Positions 1 to 9,644 of a DNA stretch of 64,000 nt are shown here, one piece after another (positions within the stretch are counted from its first letter, which is position 1; each line of letters begins with the position of its first letter). Position numbers and translations under genes: made by a program. The notes under the pieces are model-generated. The model was not told the origin of the DNA and made no database searches. It saw only the letters and a list, made by a program, of their open reading frames with translations. Source of the stretch: a virus; IMG/VR virus record IMGVR_UViG_3300020187_003193; one strand, 5' to 3'.

Positions 1-9
1 AAGAATAAT

Positions 10-645
10 ATGGGTATATCATTTTTTGTAACAGCATATAACGAATACGAAGAGTTAAAACGTCTATTAGGACAATTAACTCAAGTAGTTAAACATTCTG
101 ATGAATTAGTTATTCAACTTGATTCTAAAGCTACAACTGAAGTAATTACGTTAGTAGACGAATTTATCTTAAAAAATAAGGATTCTATCCTAATTAAAAA
201 ATGCCACTTTGATTTAAATGGGGATTTTGCTTCATTTAAAAATAATGGCAAAAGTTATTGTACTAAAGAATGGATATTCCAAATCGATGCAGATGAGACC
301 TTATCAGAAACATTTAGTACCATAATTCATCAAGTATTAGAATCAAATGAAGAAATTGATTTAATAGCAGTTCCTCGTGTTAATATTGTTAAAGGTTTAG
401 AACAAAACGATGTTATAAATTGGGGCTGGCAACTTAATAGCCATGGGTGGGTTAATTGGCCTGATAGCCAACATAGAATCTTCAGAAACAAACCCGAAAT
501 TAAGTGGGAAAATAAAGTCCACGAAAAAATTGTAGGCTGGAGAACATACGCTGATTTACCAAGCGAAGATGATTCATATGCTTTATATCATATAAAGGAT
601 ATAAATAGACAAAGACAACAAAACAAATTTTACTCAACGTTATGA
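10..645 (+). CDS. Glycosyltransferase family 2-like
   Basis: N-terminal 'ISFFVTAYNEYEELKRLL', 'WIFQIDADE' DxD motif. Confidence 0.8.
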   Translation: MGISFFVTAYNEYEELKRLLGQLTQVVKHSDELVIQLDSKATTEVITLVDEFILKNKDSILIKKCHFDLNGDFASFKNNGKSYCTKEWIFQIDADETLSETFSTIIHQVLESNEEIDLIAVPRVNIVKGLEQNDVINWGWQLNSHGWVNWPDSQHRIFRNKPEIKWENKVHEKIVGWRTYADLPSEDDSYALYHIKDINRQRQQNKFYSTL

Positions 646-1544
646 AAACATTAATTACAGGGGGTGGGGGACTAGTAGGTTCAGCCATGAAATCCGAACT
701 TAAGTTAACTCGTGAATTTTGCGATTTAACAGATAGAAAACAAACAGAGGCTTTATTCAAAACCATTATACCCGAAGGTGTAATACATTGTGCTGGTAAA
801 GTAGGAGGTATTGGAGGAAACTCAAATTATAAAGGTGAATATTTTTATGATAACTTAATGATTAATACTAATGTAATTGAGGCTTCTCGTAAAGCAGGCG
901 TTACACGATTAGTAGCATTCTTATCAACTTGCGTATTTCCAGATAGTGTAAATTATCCCCTTACTATAGACCAAATCCATACAGGAGTTCCACATACCTC
1001 AAATGATGCTTATTCATATGCTAAACGTATGGCGGATGTTCAAATTAATGCCTATAGAGAACAATATGGTATTAATTATACGTCAATAATCCCATCCAAC
1101 ATTTATGGTCCTAATGATAATTTTTCATTAGTACACGGGCATGTAATGCCTATGTTAATTCATAAACTATACTTAGCTAAGAAAAATAAAACAGACTTTA
1201 CTGTATGGGGTAGTGGGAAGCCGTTAAGAGAATTCATATATTCCAAAGATGTAGCACGTTTAGCAGAATGGACACTTGAAAATTATGAAGGAACAGAACC
1301 TTTAATATTCAGTGGAGATGAAGAAATTTCAATTAAAGAATTAGTTGATATTTTAGTTGCTGAATTTAAATTCAAAGGTAAAGTTATATTTGACGAATCT
1401 AAACCAGATGGACAATTCAAAAAACCATCAGATAATTCAAAAATAAAAGAACTATATCCTGAATTCGAATACACACCATTAGAAGTAGGAGTAAAGGAAA
1501 CAGTTAATTGGTTTATAGAAAATTATGAAACATCAAGAAAATAG
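642..1544 (+). CDS. fcl: GDP-L-fucose synthase (GDP-4-keto-6-deoxymannose epimerase/reductase)
   Basis: GGGGLVGS Rossmann motif, 'AGKVGGIGGN', 'YSYAKR', 'GPNDNF...HVMPMLI', 'GKPLREF', 'DGQFKK'. Confidence 0.92.
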   Translation: MKTLITGGGGLVGSAMKSELKLTREFCDLTDRKQTEALFKTIIPEGVIHCAGKVGGIGGNSNYKGEYFYDNLMINTNVIEASRKAGVTRLVAFLSTCVFPDSVNYPLTIDQIHTGVPHTSNDAYSYAKRMADVQINAYREQYGINYTSIIPSNIYGPNDNFSLVHGHVMPMLIHKLYLAKKNKTDFTVWGSGKPLREFIYSKDVARLAEWTLENYEGTEPLIFSGDEEISIKELVDILVAEFKFKGKVIFDESKPDGQFKKPSDNSKIKELYPEFEYTPLEVGVKETVNWFIENYETSRK

Positions 1545-2076
1545 TTTTGAATTTAAATCTATTATTCAAGCAGGAGTTTGGACAACTACCTTAAATGATT
1601 TAAATATTGAACATTGGATTAAGAGTTCTTATAATTACCAAATAAAACATCCTCATAGTGTATCTAAAAGTAATACAGGGGGGTGGCAATCTGAGGCTAA
1701 TCTCCATTCTAATTTAGATTTTTATCCTTTAGTAGAGTATATTAATACTCTTCAAAAAAAGATAACTAAAAACCCCAATATAAAAATAGATAGCATGTGG
1801 GTTAATATATCTCCCCATGGGGCTCACAACGTTATCCATACTCATGAACCTACCGAATCTAAATCTACTCAAAGTAATCTTTCAGGGGTTTTATATTTAA
1901 AGATACCAAAACAAAGTGGAAATATATTTTTTTATAACCCCCTTTCTATAAATGATTGTTTTTCATTTACCCCCATTCAAAACCAAATAATATTTTTCCA
2001 CCAAATTCTACCCCACTCAGTAAGTCCTAATTTAAGTCAAGAAGATAGAATATCGATAGCATTTAATTTTAATTAA
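1525..2076 (+). CDS. 2OG-Fe(II) oxygenase-like (TIGR02466 type)
   Basis: 'SNTGGWQS', 'MWVNI', 'HTH', 'LSGVLYL', 'LPHSVSPN...DRISIAFN'. Confidence 0.8.
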   Translation: MKHQENSFEFKSIIQAGVWTTTLNDLNIEHWIKSSYNYQIKHPHSVSKSNTGGWQSEANLHSNLDFYPLVEYINTLQKKITKNPNIKIDSMWVNISPHGAHNVIHTHEPTESKSTQSNLSGVLYLKIPKQSGNIFFYNPLSINDCFSFTPIQNQIIFFHQILPHSVSPNLSQEDRISIAFNFN

Positions 2077-2080
2077 AAAT

Positions 2081-3058
2081 ATGAATAAAAAAGTTGCATT
2101 AATTACAGGTATAAACGGCCAAGATGGTTCTTACCTAGCTGAATTTTTATTAGAAAAAGGTTATGAAGTATGGGGCACTGTAAAACGTAATTCTGTAGCC
2201 GAAAACCAAACATCACGCTTAGACGAAATTTATCCTCAATTAATAGGTAAATTACAATATGCTGATTTAACTGACTTAGCCTCACTAATCTCAGTAATAC
2301 AACAATGTCAACCTAACGAAATCTATAATTTAGCGGCGCAATCCCACGTTAGAATATCGTTTGACCAACCCATATACACAGCACAAGCAACGGGCATTGG
2401 AACGTTGAATTTACTTGAAGCCATACGTTTAACTAAACCCGATGCTAAAATGTATCAAGCATCAAGTAGTGAAATGTTTGGTAATAGCATAGACGAAGAT
2501 GGTTTCCAAAGAGAAACTACGCCATTAGTACCTGTATCTCCTTATGGATGTGCTAAAGTATACTCATACAATATTTGTAACAACTACAAAAATTCATATG
2601 GTATGTTTGTTTCAAATGGTATTTTATTTAATCACGAATCACCAAGACGTGGTACAAACTTTGTAACAAATAAAGTAGTTAAAGGTGCTGTAATGATTAA
2701 AAAAGGTTTAAAACAAGACTTATCACTAGGTAATTTAGATGCTACCCGTGATTGGGGACATGCTAAAGATTATGTTAAGGCAATGTGGATGATGCTGCAA
2801 CTAGACAAACCAGATAACTTTGTATGTTCTACAGGTGTATCACACTCAGTAAAAGATTTAGTTGCTTATACATTTGGTAAGTTAGATTTAGACTGGAAAC
2901 AATACATTAAACAAGATCCTAAATTTTTACGTCCTGAAGAATTAACAGACTTAAAAGGTGATAGTACAAAATTACGTACTGCTACAGGGTGGAAACCCGA
3001 ATATACATTCGAAACAATGATTGATGAAATGGTTGAATATTGGATGGAAACACTATGA
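2081..3058 (+). CDS. gmd: GDP-mannose 4,6-dehydratase
   Basis: 'ALITGINGQDGSYLAE', 'NLAAQSHV', 'QASSSEMFG', 'SPYGCAK', 'FNHESPRRG..FVT', 'RDWGHAKDYV'. Confidence 0.96.
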   Translation: MNKKVALITGINGQDGSYLAEFLLEKGYEVWGTVKRNSVAENQTSRLDEIYPQLIGKLQYADLTDLASLISVIQQCQPNEIYNLAAQSHVRISFDQPIYTAQATGIGTLNLLEAIRLTKPDAKMYQASSSEMFGNSIDEDGFQRETTPLVPVSPYGCAKVYSYNICNNYKNSYGMFVSNGILFNHESPRRGTNFVTNKVVKGAVMIKKGLKQDLSLGNLDATRDWGHAKDYVKAMWMMLQLDKPDNFVCSTGVSHSVKDLVAYTFGKLDLDWKQYIKQDPKFLRPEELTDLKGDSTKLRTATGWKPEYTFETMIDEMVEYWMETL

Positions 3059-3885
3059 TATTAAAAATAAAACATTTCGACGAAGCTGTTTTTAGAGGCA
3101 AAATGGAACACCTTAAGGATGTTCCATTCACTCTATTTGTAGACGACATCCCACAAGTACAAGAGGATTTAAGTGAAATAAATGTTTTAGTATTACAGGA
3201 ACCAAATATCTACTTTGGCCTACACGATTGGGCAATAGCCAACCAACAATACTTCTCAGTTATATTAACATGGGACGAGAAAGTATTAAACAATTGTGAT
3301 AACGCAATGTTTTTACCTTTTGGACATACTTGGTTTAGAAAAGCTGAATACGAAAAAACATATGATAAAACATTCCAAGTATCTCATTTAGCAGGTGCTT
3401 TAAATAAAACATATGGACATTCACTTAGACACGAATTAACATCTAGAGAAAACGAATTAAAAATACCAACTAATTTTTATAAAACATATGGAAATAGAAG
3501 CGATATTGATGATGCTAGAAAGGGCAAGATTGAAGTTTTTGGAGGAAGTGAATTTGGGGTTGCGATTGAAAACACTAATCATAGGGGGTATTTTACAGAA
3601 AAAATCCTAGATTTATTTTTACTTAAAACCATTCCAATATATTGGGGCTGTTCAAACATTGGAGACTTTTTTAATACAAACGGTATTATTCAAGTAAACA
3701 ACGTCGACGATATTACTAATAAAGTAAATTCTTTAAACGAAAAATATTATAGTGTCTGCAAAAAAGCTATAGATGAAAATTACAAACGTGCCCTTAAATA
3801 TGTTGATTACGAACAAAACATAGTTGACACTATAACAAATTTATTTACAGAAAATGGGATACTGGCCTTACCTTTATCTGTTTAG
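3055..3885 (+). CDS. Glycosyltransferase family 10-like (fucosyltransferase-like)
   Basis: 'FGVAIEN...YFTEKILDLF...TIPIYWG' GT10 motif; start moved to ATG 3055, overlapping gmd stop. Confidence 0.75.
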   Translation: MILKIKHFDEAVFRGKMEHLKDVPFTLFVDDIPQVQEDLSEINVLVLQEPNIYFGLHDWAIANQQYFSVILTWDEKVLNNCDNAMFLPFGHTWFRKAEYEKTYDKTFQVSHLAGALNKTYGHSLRHELTSRENELKIPTNFYKTYGNRSDIDDARKGKIEVFGGSEFGVAIENTNHRGYFTEKILDLFLLKTIPIYWGCSNIGDFFNTNGIIQVNNVDDITNKVNSLNEKYYSVCKKAIDENYKRALKYVDYEQNIVDTITNLFTENGILALPLSV

Positions 3886-4357
3886 ACGATACAAATCTGA
3901 TTGTACTCTGTTTTTCGAAACAGGAACATACATGGGTGATTCAGTACAAGATGCCTTAGATGTAGGATTTGAACGTGTTATATCAATAGAAGTTGAAGAA
4001 CGTTTTTATGATCATTGCGTACAACGTTTTAAACCTTTACACTATTGGAACAAAATTAATTTATTTTTAGGTTCTACTGAAGATAATATCGAAAAGTTAA
4101 TCCAAGAACACGTAGATGAAAGAACTATGTTTTGGTTAGATGCACATGATACAGGCAGCCCTTATAAAACCGAAATAGAAGCTATTTTAAAACATAAAAG
4201 AAATGACCATGTTATTATAATAGACGATATCGAAAAATATAAAATCGATACAAATTGGATTAAAAATACCTTGGCTTCCCACAATCCTCTTTATACATTC
4301 ACATTAACAAACATCCACCCCGATACGGGTGGTCAATTTATAGCATATATTCCATGA
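3854..4357 (+). CDS. SAM-dependent methyltransferase-like protein
   Basis: 'FFETGTYMGD', 'ISIE', 'FWLDAH', 'IIIDD'. Confidence 0.6.
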   Translation: MGYWPYLYLFRRYKSDCTLFFETGTYMGDSVQDALDVGFERVISIEVEERFYDHCVQRFKPLHYWNKINLFLGSTEDNIEKLIQEHVDERTMFWLDAHDTGSPYKTEIEAILKHKRNDHVIIIDDIEKYKIDTNWIKNTLASHNPLYTFTLTNIHPDTGGQFIAYIP

Positions 4358-5664
4358 AAGAAATTTTAGACCAAGTAGGTGAATTTATTAAAGCAAAAGA
4401 AACCAAATGGGAAGCAGGTAAAGACTTAGTTCAATATGCTGGTCCTTATATTGACGAAAAAGAACATCAAGCAGTAGTTAGAACTATGCTTGAAGGTTGG
4501 TTAGTATTAGGTAAAGAAGGTGGTTTATTTGAAAGACGATTCCCTAAAAAATTAGGTAAATACTTAGGTGTATTAACTAATAGCGGTTCAAGTGCTAACT
4601 TGCTTATGATGTTAGCTTTAACCTCAAAACGTGGTTTAAACTTACCTAAAGGAACCAAAGTAATTACCCCTATAGCTGGATTCCCAGCTACACTATCCCC
4701 AGCAATACAAGTAGGATTTGAACCTATATTTGTTGACATTGAACTTGAAACATTAAATCTAGATTTAGACCAAGTTGAAAAAGCATGTCAAGAACATCCC
4801 GATGCTAAAATTATAACATTTGCCCACGTATTAGGTAATCCACCTAACATGGATAGGCTAATGGAAATCGTAGAAAAATATGATTTAATTTTATTAGAAG
4901 ATTGTTGTGATGGTTTAGGTACAACTTACGATGGAAAATTATTAGGCTCATTTGGTAAAATGGCTAGCTGTTCATTCTACCCCGCACATCACATTACAAT
5001 GGGTGAAGGAGGATTCGTAGCATGTAATGATAGAGAAACAGAACGTATCCTAAGAAGTTTTAGAGATTGGGGACGTGGGTGTTATTGTGCTGGAAAAGCT
5101 AACGCTTTAAGAGATGGTAGCTGTGGATGTAGATTTAATAACTGGATGCCTAGCTTACCAGATGAAATATTTGATCACAAATATATCTACGAAGAAATTG
5201 GTTATAACCTTAAACCAACCGAATTACAAGCGGCAATGGGAAATGCCCAATTAGAAAAGTTAGATGAAATAGGTGTATTACGTAGACGTAATCATGCTGC
5301 TGTAGTAGATATTTTTAAACAATACGAAGATAAATTTATATTACCTAAAGCACAAGACAAATCAGACCCTGATTGGTTCGCTGTAGCATTAACAGTTAAG
5401 GATGGTGCTGGATTCACAAGAACAGAGTTTTGTGAATACTTAGAGGATAATTTAATTCAAACTCGTCCTTACTTCGCAGGTAATATTATGTTACAACCAG
5501 CATATAGTCATTTAATTGATGCTGAAAAAGTAATTAAGGATTTCCCTATAGCAAGAAAAGTAACAACGGATACATTCTTCTTAGGATGCAGCCCAGTAAT
5601 CACATTAGAACAAATAGATTATATTAGAACAATTGTAAATAAATTTTTCACAGATGAGCAGTAA
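4354..5664 (+). CDS. rfbH: NDP-4-keto-6-deoxyhexose 3-dehydrase E1 (RfbH/DdhC; PMP and 2Fe-2S)
   Basis: 'NSGSSANLL', 'SFYPAHHITMGEGG' (His in place of Lys), Cys motif 'DWGRGCYC...CGCRF', 'FDHKYIY..IGYNLK'; 436 aa. Confidence 0.9.
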   Translation: MKEILDQVGEFIKAKETKWEAGKDLVQYAGPYIDEKEHQAVVRTMLEGWLVLGKEGGLFERRFPKKLGKYLGVLTNSGSSANLLMMLALTSKRGLNLPKGTKVITPIAGFPATLSPAIQVGFEPIFVDIELETLNLDLDQVEKACQEHPDAKIITFAHVLGNPPNMDRLMEIVEKYDLILLEDCCDGLGTTYDGKLLGSFGKMASCSFYPAHHITMGEGGFVACNDRETERILRSFRDWGRGCYCAGKANALRDGSCGCRFNNWMPSLPDEIFDHKYIYEEIGYNLKPTELQAAMGNAQLEKLDEIGVLRRRNHAAVVDIFKQYEDKFILPKAQDKSDPDWFAVALTVKDGAGFTRTEFCEYLEDNLIQTRPYFAGNIMLQPAYSHLIDAEKVIKDFPIARKVTTDTFFLGCSPVITLEQIDYIRTIVNKFFTDEQ

Positions 5665-5779
5665 GTTTTTTGGAAATAGTTTAACGCCAAATACAAAGGC
5701 GGATAAGAGTAAAGTAAAATCAAATAAAGGTAGAAGTACCGTTAAACAAGTTGTAAAAAAGGCAGGACGTGGTAAATAA
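5654..5779 (+). CDS. 41-aa basic microprotein (MSSKFFGNSLTPNTKADKSKVKSNKGRSTVKQVVKKAGRGK)
   Basis: Open frame exactly filling the rfbH-rfbB gap, overlapping both; not in ORF track. Confidence 0.55.
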   Translation: MSSKFFGNSLTPNTKADKSKVKSNKGRSTVKQVVKKAGRGK

Positions 5780-6740
5780 AAAAGATAGAAAATATGCCGT
5801 AGTAGTCACGGGCTGCTTTGGTTTCATAGGTAGCTATGTAACTACAGCATGCCTTGCTAAAGGCTGGCATGTAATGGGAGTAGATAAGATGACTTATGCC
5901 TATCGCGAAGATGCTTATGATTCATTCATGGAACATCCACGTTTTTCGTTTATAAACAGCGATATAAACGATTTGGAATTCCTACATGAGTGTGATTATA
6001 TAATAAACACTGCCGCCGAAACCCACGTTGGAAATTCAATAGTAAAAAGTGATGAATTTGTAAAATCCAATATAAATGGTGTTCATAATTTACTTGAACT
6101 AATCAAAAACTATAGAGGAGAAGGTAAAAACAAACCAATACTATTACATTTCTCAACTGATGAAGTATATGGAGATATTACAGAAGGAGAACATATCGAA
6201 ACAGATATGCTTAAACCATCTAATCCATATTCAGCAACTAAAGCAGCAGCAGACCAACTTATTACAGCTTGGGGTAGGACACATGAAATACCCTACGTAA
6301 TATTACGCCCAACAAATAATTACGGCGAAGGACAATATGTTGAAAAACTTATACCAAAAGCAGTTAAGTATCTTACATTAGGTAAAAAAATCCCATTACA
6401 TAATGAAGGTACACCAATTCGTAATTGGTTACATGCTAAAGATACAGCTGAAGCCGTAATTACAATAATCGAATCAGGTGTTAAAAACGAAATTTATAAC
6501 ATTTGTGGAGGTTATGAACAAAGCAACATTGATACAATTAAAAAAGTATTAAAATGGCAGTTAGGGGATGATATAAACATTAATGATTATTTAGATTTTT
6601 CTTATTCAAGAAAAGGACAAGATGTTAGATATGCCTTAAATGATGATAAATTAAGAGCATTAGGATGGGAACCTAAAGCTAATTTCGATGAAGAAATTCC
6701 ACACATAGTAATATATTACAACAAAAACTTTATATGGTAA
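5769..6740 (+). CDS. rfbB: dTDP-glucose 4,6-dehydratase-like
   Basis: 'TGCFGFIGS', 'DKMTYA', 'AAETHV', 'STDEVYGD', 'PSNPYSATKAAAD', 'EKLIP'; GTG start uncertain. Confidence 0.88.
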   Translation: MVNKKDRKYAVVVTGCFGFIGSYVTTACLAKGWHVMGVDKMTYAYREDAYDSFMEHPRFSFINSDINDLEFLHECDYIINTAAETHVGNSIVKSDEFVKSNINGVHNLLELIKNYRGEGKNKPILLHFSTDEVYGDITEGEHIETDMLKPSNPYSATKAAADQLITAWGRTHEIPYVILRPTNNYGEGQYVEKLIPKAVKYLTLGKKIPLHNEGTPIRNWLHAKDTAEAVITIIESGVKNEIYNICGGYEQSNIDTIKKVLKWQLGDDININDYLDFSYSRKGQDVRYALNDDKLRALGWEPKANFDEEIPHIVIYYNKNFIW

Positions 6741-7363
6741 CTAAAAAATCCTTAATAGAATTTGAAAATCGAATAGGAGATGCCTTTAATAATGGTGAAA
6801 TAGCAGCTCCCATCCATTTATATAGTGGAAATGAAGATATGTTAATTGAAATATTTAAAAAAATTAACATTGAAGAGGATTGGGTATGTTGTACTTGGAG
6901 AAACCATTATCAAGGGTTATTAAAAGGTATACCTGAAGACGTTATGGAAGCTAACATACGTGAAGGTAAATCTATGGTAGCCAATTTACCTGAATATAAA
7001 TTTATTTGTAGTTCAATTGTTGGAGGTATACCTTCAATAGCAACCGGAATAGCATTAGCAATCAAACAACAAGGTAAATCTAATAGAGTATGGTGTTGGG
7101 TTGGTGACATGAGTTCAGAAACAGGACATTTTCACGAAGCCTACAAATATTCCTTAAACCATGATTTACCTATTACGTTCATAGTAGAAGACAATAAAAA
7201 ATCAGTATGTACTCCAACTCAAGAAATTTGGGGTAGAGAAACTCCATATTATTTGGATTCTCATTATATGGGTGGTATTTTAGAACAGAAAAACTTATTA
7301 TATTACCAATATGATAATACTAAATACCCACACGCTGGGGCAGGTAAAAGGGTACAATTTTAA
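6734..7363 (+). CDS. TPP-dependent dehydrogenase E1 alpha-like (short form)
   Basis: 'HLYSGNE', 'WRNHY..LLKG', 'IVGG', 'GDMSSETGHFHE', 'FIVEDN'. Confidence 0.85.
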   Translation: MVTKKSLIEFENRIGDAFNNGEIAAPIHLYSGNEDMLIEIFKKINIEEDWVCCTWRNHYQGLLKGIPEDVMEANIREGKSMVANLPEYKFICSSIVGGIPSIATGIALAIKQQGKSNRVWCWVGDMSSETGHFHEAYKYSLNHDLPITFIVEDNKKSVCTPTQEIWGRETPYYLDSHYMGGILEQKNLLYYQYDNTKYPHAGAGKRVQF

Positions 7364-7372
7364 TATACAAAT

Positions 7373-7909
7373 ATGAAATACTTTGATAGCCTTAAAGAGG
7401 CAATGAGTTTATTAGCAAACCACCCTAAAACCTTATTTATTGGACAAGCGGTCGAATATGAAGGAACCGGATTATATGATTCTTTATCCCATTTACCATC
7501 TGAAAAAAGGTTAGAATTACCTGTAGCGGAATACTTACAATCGGGTATAGCAAATGGAATGGCTATTGAAGGGATGATTCCTGTATCTACATTCCCAAGA
7601 TGGAATTTTTTATTAATGGGTGTTGACCAAATTGTAAACCATTTAGATAAGTTTAAAAGTATGTCTAATGGCAAACTAAATCCTAAGGTTATTATTAGAG
7701 TGGCAGTTGGAAGTGAACATCCCGTAGACCCACAATGTCAACATAAGGGTAACTTCTCGGAAGCGTTTAGACAAATGACATCTAATATAGAAGTTATAGA
7801 ACTAATTGAACCCGAAGACATCATTCCCGCATATGAAAAGGCACTAAATAGAGAAGACGGAATTAACACTATATTAGTTGAATATGCTGACTTTTGTAAA
7901 ACAAAATAA
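7373..7909 (+). CDS. TPP-dependent E1 beta / transketolase pyrimidine-binding domain (no C-terminal domain)
   Basis: 'FIGQAV', 'ELPVAE..QSGIANGMAIEG..PV', 'DQIVNH', 'QCQH'. Confidence 0.85.
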   Translation: MKYFDSLKEAMSLLANHPKTLFIGQAVEYEGTGLYDSLSHLPSEKRLELPVAEYLQSGIANGMAIEGMIPVSTFPRWNFLLMGVDQIVNHLDKFKSMSNGKLNPKVIIRVAVGSEHPVDPQCQHKGNFSEAFRQMTSNIEVIELIEPEDIIPAYEKALNREDGINTILVEYADFCKTK

Positions 7910-8743
7910 ATGAAAATATTAGTTACGGGTGGTAATGGTTTTGTAGGTAAAAACTTAATCAAATCATTACAAGATAAATACGACGTATATTCTCCTAGTA
8001 GTAGCGAATTAGATTTAACGGATAGCCAACAAGTTAAAACGTATCTACAAACTAAATATTTTGATGTTATAATACATTGTGCTATTAAAGGTGGTAGTCG
8101 TTTACAACCTGATACTGCTGAAACTATGTACCAAAATTTATCTATGTATTTCCACTTAATGGATAATAGAGATAGATTTGGTAAATTTTTTAACTTTGCT
8201 TCGGGTGCTGAATTTGATAGACGTAAAGGAATCCATCCTATTCCTAGAAATAATAATTTAAATACAAGTTGGCCTATTGATTACTATGGAATGTCTAAAA
8301 ATATAATCAGTCGATTATTGAAAACAGATAGACATAGCTACAATTTTAGAATATATGGTGTATTTGGGACTGGTGAAGACGATACACGATTTATTAATTC
8401 AAGTTTACTTAAAATAAAACAAAATTTACCAATTGAAATTCACGAGGATAAATTAATGGATTTTGTCCATATAGATGATTTAACTAGTGTTATAAACTAT
8501 TATTTAAGTAATCCTGAATATCCTTTGGATAGCGAGGTAGAATTAGTATATTCACAGAAATATACATTATCAAGATTAGCTACTTTAATTAAACAAATTA
8601 CTGAATCACAAGTTAGTATTAATATTAATAGTACAACTAAAGGTAAAAGTTACATAGGTGATGGAGTAGGAATAGATGATATTGTATTGTTTAATATAAA
8701 AGGTTTAGAAGCTGGAATTAAAAAAATGTGGAATGAATTATAA
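7910..8743 (+). CDS. NAD-dependent sugar epimerase/reductase
   Basis: 'ILVTGGNGFVGKNL', YxxxK 'YGMSK', 'DFVHIDDL'. Confidence 0.88.
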   Translation: MKILVTGGNGFVGKNLIKSLQDKYDVYSPSSSELDLTDSQQVKTYLQTKYFDVIIHCAIKGGSRLQPDTAETMYQNLSMYFHLMDNRDRFGKFFNFASGAEFDRRKGIHPIPRNNNLNTSWPIDYYGMSKNIISRLLKTDRHSYNFRIYGVFGTGEDDTRFINSSLLKIKQNLPIEIHEDKLMDFVHIDDLTSVINYYLSNPEYPLDSEVELVYSQKYTLSRLATLIKQITESQVSININSTTKGKSYIGDGVGIDDIVLFNIKGLEAGIKKMWNEL

Positions 8744-9644
8744 AATTACCTATCACTTACTTCCTTGGGAAATAGATTACGCAATGTTATCCTTTACCCA
8801 ATTTAAAAAATCAAAATACCATTTAACCGAAGACGACACAATTGAAATATCAGCGTGTCTAAACTTATCTTCGTACTTGATTGATTGGGATAATAGTAAA
8901 TTACCTAAACAATTTTTTATAGATAAATTTAATCAGTTATCTAATTTATTAGTTGATTACAAATATACTCCTAAAATATACGACGGAGACGAATTATATG
9001 GACATTTAGATTTCCAACGAGAATCAATTTCACCTGAAGTTGATTTTTATATGAATGTTTGTCCTGATATGTACTTTAGTGAATACTTACTTACATATTT
9101 AATTGCTTCATCTAAAAAAGCACCTAATAAGTATTTTGTTATTACCCCTGAAATAAATAAATTATGGGATGGAACATGGGACGAAATATCAAACGAAAAT
9201 GTTGGAGCAACTTATGATACTTGGAATCAAGTAGACATTTATGATGTTAGATATAACTCTAAAGTAAGTGAACAAGATATAGAATTAAACGAAACCCAAA
9301 AATCAAAATGGGCGGGTTGGTTTGATTTATATAGTAAATCGTTTATGGAAGAACTTTGCCCAATACAAGATGATTGGAAAGGATATGGTCCACACGATTG
9401 GTACTCTTTAATGATAACTGAATACATTAAAGACCAAGGAGTAGATTTCCAACAATGGGTACTACGTGGCGAATCCATATTTGAATACTCAGTTGGTCCT
9501 TTATTAGAGGGTGGTTTTTCAAAATATTATAAAGATTTACTTACACTAAAAAAAGTACCTAATCAAAGAGAAATATTTGAATCTAGAATGAAAGAATATC
9601 TTGATAGAGGATTAGTGAAATTAAAAGAAAAAAATATAATATGA
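8733..9644 (+). CDS. Hypothetical protein, possibly glycosyltransferase-like
   Basis: In sugar operon; 'CPDMYF', 'GYGPHD' resemble GT-A features. Confidence 0.45.
   Translation: MNYKITYHLLPWEIDYAMLSFTQFKKSKYHLTEDDTIEISACLNLSSYLIDWDNSKLPKQFFIDKFNQLSNLLVDYKYTPKIYDGDELYGHLDFQRESISPEVDFYMNVCPDMYFSEYLLTYLIASSKKAPNKYFVITPEINKLWDGTWDEISNENVGATYDTWNQVDIYDVRYNSKVSEQDIELNETQKSKWAGWFDLYSKSFMEELCPIQDDWKGYGPHDWYSLMITEYIKDQGVDFQQWVLRGESIFEYSVGPLLEGGFSKYYKDLLTLKKVPNQREIFESRMKEYLDRGLVKLKEKNII

Noticed and set aside
642-5664. Colitose pathway (Gmd + ColD + ColC)
   Set aside because: The PLP-family enzyme has the E1/RfbH Fe-S Cys insertion and length, which ColD lacks
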